32,000 bases of DNA from Bacteroidales bacterium (GTDB taxonomy: Bacteria; Bacteroidota; Bacteroidia; Bacteroidales; UBA932): NCBI GenBank assembly GCA_017469745.1, contig JAFUFS010000051.1, positions 15,222 through 47,221 on the forward strand, given 5' to 3'. Positions within the stretch are counted from its first letter, which is position 1; the number at the start of each line of letters is the position of its first letter. Positions 21,433 through 28,292 of this stretch are shown piece after piece. The translations under genes were made by a program, and so were the position numbers. Under the pieces are notes generated by a model that made no database searches, was not told where the DNA came from, and was given only the letters and a program-made list of their open reading frames with translations.

Positions 21433-22962
21433 TCAGATTTTCCCTAGGAAGTCGCTAAGATTGTCGCTGGCCTGGAGATTGAGCTTCTTGCGGAGACGGT
21501 ACCTGGCCATGTCGACGGATTTCGGTTCCATGGACATCATGAGTGAGATCTCCTTTGAGGACATTCCGATCCTGAGGAGCGAGGCAAGCCTTTTATCTGA
21601 GTTGGAAAGGTCCGGGTAGATGGATGAGAGTTTTGCGATGAAACCAGAGTTGATGTCATCTATCATCTTGTCGGCCTCGTCGTTTGTCCTGTTGAACTGG
21701 GAGATTGACGAATTGAGTTTCTTGAGGTGGCGCGTGGCTTCGTCCGAGTCCATCCCGTAGGCTTCCTTTATCCTGTCCTGGATGCCGGACAGGATCTCGT
21801 TTCGGCTGCGGACGTAGATTGCGAAGTTCTCAAGCTCTTTCTTGTTGAGATCCAGTTCCTTCTGCATCAGTTCCTTCTGCTTGTGGTTCGCTTTCCGGAA
21901 GACCCTGTAGGACACCGCCACCACGACACAGATCGCAGCCAGGATTGCGATGATTGCGGCCGCTATCTTCCTCCTAAGCCGGAACTCCCTTTCGCTCTGC
22001 TCCTGCTCTTTCCTGATGGTCTGGATGTTCTTTTCCATCAGGTTGACCTCGATGTTCTTCAGCCCTCCGGTCATGTCCTTGCTTTCGATCTGGTCCAGGA
22101 GGCTTTTCAGGTCCGAGTAGGCCCTGGAATACTCTCCCATGCCGGCATAGACCTCGGACCTGTAGCGGAGGTTGTCCATAGTCAGCTCCTGGGCGTTGGT
22201 CATGTCGGCGTAGACCTTTGCCTTTGAAAGGGCCTCCAGGGCGCTGGCATTGTCTCCTAGCCTCCTGTACTGGTAGCCGAGATTGTTGTAGTTCTCTCCG
22301 AGGACCCATGTCCTGCCGAGGGATTCGTTGATCGCTATCGCCTCCTTGAGCTGTTCGATTGTTGTGGCCGGATCCGCGTCGATGAAAGACATGTTGTTGA
22401 GATTCTGTGCGATCCCGATCTTGTTGCCTATGGCCCGGTTGAGCCTAAGGGACTCGGCGAAATACTTCCCGGCCATGCTATTGTCCGGTATCGCGATGTA
22501 GATCAGACCCTTGTTGTTGTTGCATCTCGCGATCGACGCCGTGTCCTTCCTATGTTCGGCAATGGCCTGAGCCTTCTCAAGGTACCTGAAGGCATGGTCG
22601 AAGTCCTTGATCTTCTGGTAGGAATAGCTTATGCTGAGGTAGATGTCGGCCATGAGGGAACTGTCCTCATCCGGGCAGTTCCTTTCAGCCTCGAGAAGAT
22701 ATTCATAACTGGTCACGTAATCGCCCATGTTGATGTAGGCATTTGCGATGAGGTACTGGGCTTCCGCGATCAGGGTCGGCTCCTTGGCCGAAGCCGCTTC
22801 CGTGAGTGCCTGCCCCGCGTGGTAGATTGCTTTGGCAGGATCCCGCGAGAGGTTCTCTCCTGCTTTGTCGAGGTGTTCGCGTACAGTCCATCCATCCTCC
22901 TTCGCAAGCAGCGGAAGAAGAGACAGGAAAAAAGCTATGAATATGGAAATGTATTTTTTCAT
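21433..22962 (-). CDS. membrane-anchored TPR sensor with C-terminal LuxR/GerE-type HTH (one-component regulator)
   Basis: 509 aa. Signal/anchor MKKYISIFIAFFLSLLPLLA, then about 300 aa of TPR-like repeats (AQYLIANAYINMGDY, LSISYSYQKIKDFDHAFRYLEKA, YNNLGYQYRRLGDNASALEAL, and others). One TM helix (IAAAIIAILAAICVVVAVSY) and a coiled-coil. The HTH reads LSNSDKRLASLLRIGMSSKEISLMMSMEPKSVDMARYRLRKKL. Confidence 0.85.
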   Translation of the reverse strand: MKKYISIFIAFFLSLLPLLAKEDGWTVREHLDKAGENLSRDPAKAIYHAGQALTEAASAKEPTLIAEAQYLIANAYINMGDYVTSYEYLLEAERNCPDEDSSLMADIYLSISYSYQKIKDFDHAFRYLEKAQAIAEHRKDTASIARCNNNKGLIYIAIPDNSMAGKYFAESLRLNRAIGNKIGIAQNLNNMSFIDADPATTIEQLKEAIAINESLGRTWVLGENYNNLGYQYRRLGDNASALEALSKAKVYADMTNAQELTMDNLRYRSEVYAGMGEYSRAYSDLKSLLDQIESKDMTGGLKNIEVNLMEKNIQTIRKEQEQSEREFRLRRKIAAAIIAILAAICVVVAVSYRVFRKANHKQKELMQKELDLNKKELENFAIYVRSRNEILSGIQDRIKEAYGMDSDEATRHLKKLNSSISQFNRTNDEADKMIDDINSGFIAKLSSIYPDLSNSDKRLASLLRIGMSSKEISLMMSMEPKSVDMARYRLRKKLNLQASDNLSDFLGKI

Positions 22963-23000
22963 GGGCGGTTATCAGTCAAGGTAAAGGTACAACTTTTTTA

Positions 23001-23008
23001 TATATTTG
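23001..23008 (+). promoter_or_regulatory. candidate -7 box (TATATTTG) for the kinase/peptidase/PqqD/ABC cassette
   Basis: Matches TAnnTTTG 8/8, 19 nt upstream of ATG 23027. It lies in the 64-nt divergent intergenic region shared with the TPR-LuxR regulator. Confidence 0.4.
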
Positions 23009-23026
23009 CAGAATAATATTGTCGAT

Positions 23027-23905
23027 ATGCAGATCAAGGAAAAGTCATACAAGGTGGCGGGACACGTGTTCACGCTGAAGATGGAAGAGGACGATAAGCT
23101 TTGGAACGCCCTTGGCAACTACGAGCCTTTCGCGTGTGAGGCTGATTCCGATCCTGTGTTCACTCTCGAGCTTGTCCAAAAGGTTGAGACTGAGGGGAAG
23201 AAGGAACTTTATATCTCCGACCCTGAGGATGTCGAACAGAGGATTGACATCTACACCATGGAAGACGGCTACCTGTTCGAGATGGCTCCCTTCGGCAATG
23301 TGCCGGTGTGCGGTTGGCTCAGGGTGGATTCCGGTTTCACCACCGGTTCGCTCATGGTAGAAAAAGACAATCGCTTCTGCGTCAACAATGCCCTGATGCT
23401 GATGTATGCCTTCCGTACCGCGGATCTGGACACCCTTGAGATGCACGCCTCCGTGACCGTCAAGGACGGAAAGGGTTTCCTGTTCCTTGGCAAGAGCGGG
23501 ACCGGAAAGAGCACTCACAGCAGCCTCTGGCTTAAGAATATTCCCGGAACACATCTTTTGAATGACGACAATCCCATCGTGAGGATAGTTGACGGTCAGG
23601 TGAGGGTCTACGGCAGCCCTTGGAGCGGCAAGACCCCATGCTACCGCAATGAGGACTATCCGGCCGGGGCCTTCGTCAGGATCAACCGTGCTCCCTACGA
23701 TGCTATCCACAGGATGTCCATCCCCGAAGCTTTCGCATCGATTTCTTCGTCCTCGTCCGGCCTCAGGGCCATCCGGAGGATAGGAGACGGGCTCTATTCA
23801 ACACTGTCGTCGGTCGTCCAGACCGTGCCCTGCTATGTGCTCGACTGCCTTCCCGATGACGAGGCGGCCATAGTTTGTTCAAAGGAGGTTCTTGGCAATG
23901 CGTAA
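23027..23905 (+). CDS. HPr-kinase-like (HprK-related) P-loop protein, function unknown
   Basis: 292 aa from ATG 23027; the ORF-track start at 23006 is TTG. The C-terminal half has GFLFLGKSGTGKSTHSSLW (Walker A as in HprK/P GxSGxGKS), then THLLNDDNPIVRIVDG...VYGSPWSGK, which resembles the HprK C-terminal catalytic domain. The N-terminal ~150 aa are unassigned. Confidence 0.65.
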   Translation: MQIKEKSYKVAGHVFTLKMEEDDKLWNALGNYEPFACEADSDPVFTLELVQKVETEGKKELYISDPEDVEQRIDIYTMEDGYLFEMAPFGNVPVCGWLRVDSGFTTGSLMVEKDNRFCVNNALMLMYAFRTADLDTLEMHASVTVKDGKGFLFLGKSGTGKSTHSSLWLKNIPGTHLLNDDNPIVRIVDGQVRVYGSPWSGKTPCYRNEDYPAGAFVRINRAPYDAIHRMSIPEAFASISSSSSGLRAIRRIGDGLYSTLSSVVQTVPCYVLDCLPDDEAAIVCSKEVLGNA

Positions 23906-24413
23906 GTTCGCCGAGTGGATCCTGAGGATGATGCGCCATGTCGTGCAGCCTTTCCTGAAGAAGCCTGCTTCTCCCGGAGTGGTTTCCGACAAGCGGACTA
24001 TCGGGGACGACAACTATTTCATGGCGGTACGCATGTTGCTTGACGAGGGTAAGGAAGTCCTGTTCACTCCCAAGGGCGACAGCATGCTGCCGTTCATCAA
24101 GAACGGACGCGATTCCGTGGTGCTGGCTTCGTTGTCCAGGCCGCTGGAAGTGGGAGACATAATCCTTGTCAAGATAGGCCCCAAGTACATCATGCACAGG
24201 ATTTTCGCCCTTGACGGAGACAGGATCACCTTGATGGGCGACGGAAACATAAAGGGCAAGGAGCACTGTACCTTGAAGGATGTGATCGGAATTGTGACCG
24301 AGATCCACAAGGAGAGCGGAAAGGTTGTCAAGCCCGGGAAAGGAAGGTTCTGGAGAGCCATCCGGCCGTTGAGATTATTTTTTTTGGTATTTTATAAAAG
24401 AGTGATATTATGA
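23898..24413 (+). CDS. S24/S26-fold serine peptidase (LexA / signal-peptidase-like), no N-terminal membrane anchor
   Basis: 171 aa. FTPKGDSMLPFIKNGRDSVVL carries the GDSM(x)P nucleophile motif. GDIILVKIGPKYIMHRIFALDGDRITLMGDGN resembles the second catalytic box. ATG 23898 lies 8 nt inside the upstream ORF. Confidence 0.75.
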   Translation: MRKFAEWILRMMRHVVQPFLKKPASPGVVSDKRTIGDDNYFMAVRMLLDEGKEVLFTPKGDSMLPFIKNGRDSVVLASLSRPLEVGDIILVKIGPKYIMHRIFALDGDRITLMGDGNIKGKEHCTLKDVIGIVTEIHKESGKVVKPGKGRFWRAIRPLRLFFLVFYKRVIL

Positions 24414-24679
24414 GGATTATCGAAGGTTTCGTCCTTAGGCCCCTCGTCGGGGAGTACATAGTGATCGGTGAGGGAATCGCCCAGATCAACTTCAACAAGA
24501 TGGTTTCTCTGAACCCTACGGCCGCCTATCTTTGGGAAAGCGTCGAAGGCAAGGATTTCACAGTCGAAGACCTGACCAAGCTCCTTACCGACAAGTATGA
24601 AGTGACGGAGGAGCAGGCCGCCGCCGATGCCGCAGCCCTTGCGGCGAAATGGATCGAGGCCGGAATAGTCTCTGAATAG
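24410..24679 (+). CDS. PqqD family protein (RiPP recognition element-type peptide chaperone)
   Basis: 89 aa. ...MVSLNPTAAYLWESVEGKDFTVEDLTKLLTDKYEVTEEQAAADAAALAAKWIEAGIVSE is the classic PqqD pattern (LN.t...iW..l.g..t.eel...l...y.v..e.a..D...f...L...gl). ATGA overlap with the peptidase ORF. Confidence 0.85.
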   Translation: MRIIEGFVLRPLVGEYIVIGEGIAQINFNKMVSLNPTAAYLWESVEGKDFTVEDLTKLLTDKYEVTEEQAAADAAALAAKWIEAGIVSE

Positions 24680-24695
24680 TTTTACGTCCGGGACG

Positions 24696-26372
24696 ATGAA
24701 GGATTTCAAGACATGCATTAAGGGGCTCTGGAGGATGTCCAAGCCTGTGCTGGGAAGGGACCTTGTCACCGTCCTGATAGGAGGGGTACGCATTGCCGCC
24801 TCCCTCTCGTTCGTGTGGATCTGCAAACGTCTGGTGGACATTGCTACCGGTGTCAGTGACGTAGCTCTCGCACCTCACGTCTGGATAATGATCGGTATCA
24901 TCCTGACACAGATCATCTGCGGACTTGCATCCAATTACTGGGGCGCCTACAACACCATCAAGACTCGCAACCAGCTGAGACTCGGGATGTTCGCCCATGT
25001 GCTGAACTCCCGCTGGAATGGTCGTGAGGCCTTCCGTTCAGGAGACACGATCAACCGTCTTGAGGAGGACATCAGGGTTCTCACCGACCTTATCTGCGGC
25101 AGTTTTCCCGATGTGATCATCACCATCTGCCAGTTGCTTGCCGCTTCGGTCTACCTCTTGACGATGGCACCGTCGCTTCTCTGGGTCCTTATCATCCTGA
25201 TGGCTGCCGCCGTGATCGGCTCCAAGATGTATTTCAAGAAGATCCGTGAGCTTACGTCAAAGATACGCTCACTGGACAGCGAGGTTCAGCAGCTGGAGCA
25301 GGAGAATCTTCAGAACAGGGTTCTGGTCCTGACCCTTTTTGGCGTCGGGAATATAGTTTCGCGTCTCTCCGGTCTTCAGGAGACTATCAAAAAGAACACA
25401 ATCACCAGGCTCAATTACAATGCGGTTGCCAGGGGCTTCATGAACATCGGTTTCATGGGCGGATATGCCGCAGCCTTCCTTTGGGGAATATACGGCATCA
25501 AGTCCGGAGCGGTGACCTACGGTATGATGACCGCCTTCCTGCAGCTGGTCGGCCAGGTCCAGCGTCCTATTGCCAGCCTGGGTACGCAGGTACCTGCTTT
25601 CATCAAGGCGCTTACCTCGATAGAGCGTCTGCTGGAACTAGAGGACCTCAAGGTTGAGCGCTATCACGGTGACGTCCTCTTCGAAGGAGCCCCCGGGATC
25701 CGTGTCTCCGATGTCTCGTTCGCTTACTGTCATCCTGAGCGCAGCGAAGGATCTTCCAGTCGCAGCGAAGGATCTGCTCCTCGCCTCGTCCTCGACAACT
25801 TCTCCCACGACTTCGCTCCCGGTACGCTGACGGTAATCGCCGGTCCGACCGGAGTAGGGAAGAGTACCCTCACAAGGCTCATGCTTGGGCTGCTGCATCC
25901 GACAGAGGGAACCGTCAACCTATATTCCCGGAACGGCAAGTCCCACACTGCCGACGTGGACACTCGCTGCAATTTCACCTACGTTCCTCAGGGCAACAGC
26001 CTCCTAAGCGGTACGATCAGGGAGAATATGCTTCTGGTAAATTCGGAAGCTACTGATGAGCAGATCGTCGAGGCTCTAAAGCTGGCGGCTGCTGAGTTCG
26101 TGCTGGGTCTTCCCGACGGTCTTGACACGGTCTGCGGAGAGAGCGGCACAGGCCTTTCCGAAGGTCAGTGCCAGAGGATTGCCATAGCCAGGGCCCTGCT
26201 GCACCGTGGAGGAATCATGATCCTTGACGAGGCCACCTCCGCCTTGGATGTCGAGACCGAAGAACGTCTCCTCGACAACATCCACACCCATCTCGCCGGC
26301 GACAAGACCATCGTCTTCATCTCCCACCGTCCCGCCGCCACCCGTATCGCCGACGACGTCGTGAACCTGTAG
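24696..26372 (+). CDS. ABC transporter permease/ATP-binding protein (half-transporter exporter, type I fold)
   Basis: 558 aa. Six-helix TMD followed by an NBD with Walker A GPTGVGKSTL, Q-loop, signature LSEGQCQRIAIARAL, Walker B IMILDEATSALD and H-loop SHR. No C39 peptidase domain. Confidence 0.92.
   Translation: MKDFKTCIKGLWRMSKPVLGRDLVTVLIGGVRIAASLSFVWICKRLVDIATGVSDVALAPHVWIMIGIILTQIICGLASNYWGAYNTIKTRNQLRLGMFAHVLNSRWNGREAFRSGDTINRLEEDIRVLTDLICGSFPDVIITICQLLAASVYLLTMAPSLLWVLIILMAAAVIGSKMYFKKIRELTSKIRSLDSEVQQLEQENLQNRVLVLTLFGVGNIVSRLSGLQETIKKNTITRLNYNAVARGFMNIGFMGGYAAAFLWGIYGIKSGAVTYGMMTAFLQLVGQVQRPIASLGTQVPAFIKALTSIERLLELEDLKVERYHGDVLFEGAPGIRVSDVSFAYCHPERSEGSSSRSEGSAPRLVLDNFSHDFAPGTLTVIAGPTGVGKSTLTRLMLGLLHPTEGTVNLYSRNGKSHTADVDTRCNFTYVPQGNSLLSGTIRENMLLVNSEATDEQIVEALKLAAAEFVLGLPDGLDTVCGESGTGLSEGQCQRIAIARALLHRGGIMILDEATSALDVETEERLLDNIHTHLAGDKTIVFISHRPAATRIADDVVNL
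25729..25784 (+). repeat. dispersed-repeat-like insert inside the ABC NBD: GTCATCCTGAGCGCAGCGAAGGATCT core plus a 21-bp tandem duplication (25740-25760 / 25761-25781)
   Basis: cgcagcgaaggatct occurs twice, exactly 21 nt apart. It encodes CHPERSEGSSSRSEGSAPR between ...VSFAY and LVLDNFS. The opposite strand reads ...RSFAATGRSFAALRMT.... Confidence 0.85.
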
Positions 26373-26605
26373 GCCCTTTCTTGCCTGAAGCCGCATGCGG
26401 CCACTGTCCTTCATCCATCATCTGCCACATCCAGCGGCCATCTTCTTAACCATTCACAACCCGACAGTGCGGTTCTGTTACGGAATACTCTGATAATCTG
26501 AATATTAAGCAATTTAACCGTCTCGATTTTGAGACCGCTCAATTATACAATTGGCTGGTAATTAAATATTTACATCACAGCATTCCTTTCCCAGTTTTTA
26601 TTTAC

Positions 26606-26613
26606 TATTTTTG
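26606..26613 (+). promoter_or_regulatory. candidate -7 box (TATTTTTG) for the carbonic anhydrase gene
   Basis: Matches TAnnTTTG 8/8, 28 nt upstream of ATG 26641, in an AT-rich 268-nt intergenic region. Confidence 0.3.
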
Positions 26614-26640
26614 TTCCACTAATCTTGGTGCAAAGTTTTT

Positions 26641-27183
26641 ATGATAGACGAAATCCTTCAGTACAACCGGGAGTTCGTGGCGAGAAAAGGCTACGAGCCG
26701 TTTATTACAGACAAATATCCTTCAAAGAAGCTTGCGGTGCTGACATGCATGGACACCCGCCTGACCGAGCTGTTGCCCAAAGCGCTCGGACTCAGGAACG
26801 GCGATGCAAAGATCATCCGCAATGCCGGAGGCCTGGTCCTGACTTCTACAGATTCAGCCATCCGCTCTTTGCTTGTAGGAATATATGAGCTTGGTGTTGA
26901 AGAGATTATGGTTGTCCATCATTCCAATTGCGGAGCCTGCCACATGTGCTTTGAAGAATTCAAGCCGCTGATGCTGGGAAGGGGAGTCTCCCCTGAAGCC
27001 ATTAAGGCTTTTGAAGAGGCCGGCTGTGACATTGAGGAATGGCTTGAAGGCTTCCATGACACCGAGGCTTCTGTCCGCCGTACTATGGCTGCGATCACCG
27101 GCCATCCACTTGTTCCAAAGGATGTTACCGTCCGCGGTTTCATCATAGATTCCGTCACCGGTGCTCTGACGGAACTTAAATAA
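26641..27183 (+). CDS. beta-class carbonic anhydrase (short, Cab-like type)
   Basis: 180 aa. Zinc-ligand motifs CMDTR (CxDxR) and HHSNCGA (HxxCG). Confidence 0.86.
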   Translation: MIDEILQYNREFVARKGYEPFITDKYPSKKLAVLTCMDTRLTELLPKALGLRNGDAKIIRNAGGLVLTSTDSAIRSLLVGIYELGVEEIMVVHHSNCGACHMCFEEFKPLMLGRGVSPEAIKAFEEAGCDIEEWLEGFHDTEASVRRTMAAITGHPLVPKDVTVRGFIIDSVTGALTELK

Positions 27184-27276
27184 ACAGAAATTTTCAAAAG
27201 AAACCCCCTCCTAGGTCCGGTCGCCCCTTGGTGGTTTCCGGAAGATTTGGTAATCTTGCCAGCGAAAGGCCAGGCT

Positions 27277-27299
27277 TGACCTGACCTTATCCTTGACCT
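27277..27299 (+). repeat. three copies of TGACCT (two abutting, one 7 nt further on) just upstream of the Rpn remnant
   Basis: TGACCT at 27277-27282, 27282-27287 and 27294-27299. The larger units cttgacct and tgacctta are each present twice. Confidence 0.7.
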
Positions 27300-27311
27300 T
27301 AAACTTTAGAT

Positions 27312-28175
27312 TATGCAAATCTTTGCCAACCTGCTCCACGACGATACTTTCAAGATTGTCGTCGGGGCGCCGGGAAATGAGACCTGTTCTGTACTTCGGA
27401 AGAAGGGGAGCAGTTCATCGTAGAGATGCAGTTCTCTGGCCAGGCTACCTTCAAAGAACGGATGCTGGTGTACGCGACGTATCCGATCCGTGCGCAGATG
27501 GACAAGAGGCTGAAAGAAATAGAGAAACTGACATCAGGGGATGAAGAGGCTGCGGAAGCGAGTGGCAGGAAGCCCGACAAGATGTATTACGGCTTGCACC
27601 CGATCTATGTTATCAGCCTTCTGAACTTCAGTCTTCGTCATGAGAACAATGAGGCGTTGGACGAAGGGATGATCAGCCGGTATTCGATTCGGAATGACCG
27701 CAATGGAGAACTGATGACAGATGCACTGCACTTCATCTTTCTGGAACTTGGGCGGTTGGGCTTGAGGAAGAGGGACTACGCAAAGTGCAGGACACCGCTT
27801 CAGAAGATGGCATATTCGTTGAAATATATGCACGAGCTTGGCGCTGCTCCAGCAGGGTTCGAAGATGGGTTTCAACGGATGCTTTACAAGGCCAGCGAGC
27901 TGGCCGGAATGACACAAGAACAACGAAGACAATACGATAGAGCCATGACAACAAAGATTGACATAATTGCCCAGCAGGAATATGCCAGCGAGGAAGGACT
28001 CGCCGAGGGGCTCAAAAGAGGCCAAAGACAAGGTCGCCAGGAAGGTCGCGCAGAAGGTGCAGAACTCAAGTCTGAGGAGATTGCACGAAAGATGATTGAT
28101 TCGAACATTCCATATGAAACCATTAGATTATGCACAGGCCTATCAGATGCAAAGATCCGTAGCCTTATGGAATAA
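27312..28175 (+). pseudogene. degraded Rpn-family / PD-(D/E)XK (PDDEXK_2, 'transposase_31'-like) recombination-promoting nuclease gene
   Basis: ATG 27312 reads MQIFANLLHDDTFKIVGRGAGK, then an in-frame TGA (27378-27380), then DLFCTSEEGEQFIVEMQFSGQATFKERMLVYATYPI.... The usual ~40 aa between the N-terminal F(K)KxFG block and the D-I-x-C...GE.FIVEMQ catalytic block appear to be missing. The intact ORF 27426..28175 starts at the M of EMQ. The C-terminal EGxxEGxxxG... tail is typical of the family. Confidence 0.65.
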
Positions 28176-28257
28176 ATTGAGCAATCAAACAATTAGACTC
28201 ACATATCCGTGCTTTCTAGGGCTTTTTTGCCTAGCAACCGCACCTGTAATAACGAAT

Positions 28258-28292
28258 CCGTGCTGTCAAGGTAGACCGGCACGGTGTTTTTT
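28258..28292 (+). terminator. candidate rho-independent terminator downstream of the Rpn remnant
   Basis: Stem ccgtgc (28258-28263) / gcacgg (28279-28284), a 15-nt loop, then tgTTTTTT (T-run 28287-28292). Confidence 0.4.

Noticed and set aside
21254-21619. 121-aa plus-strand ORF in the susC upstream region
   Set aside because: It runs through non-coding promoter DNA and then antisense into the regulator's 3' end. It shows no motifs and is treated as spurious.
23045-23710. 221-aa minus-strand ORF opposite the HprK-like gene; similar antisense ORFs at 23763..24308, 24392..24841 and 24585..24998
   Set aside because: All are antisense to a tightly overlapping plus-strand operon whose products have clear family motifs (P-loop, GDSM, PqqD, ABC). 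They are shadow ORFs.
26395-26493. 32-aa ORF (MRPLSFIHHLPHPAAIFLTIHNPTVRFCYGIL) just downstream of the ABC gene, considered as the missing precursor peptide
   Set aside because: It has no leader-like motif (no YxxP, no GG/GA cleavage site) and begins only 22 nt after the ABC stop, with nothing to set it apart from background. Its composition looks like random intergenic translation. I kept it only as something to include in a systematic small-ORF conservation test.
27200-27238. Possible terminator after the carbonic anhydrase gene (gaaacc ... ggtttc)
   Set aside because: It has only a 6-bp stem with a loop of about 27 nt and no T-run, which is too weak to call.
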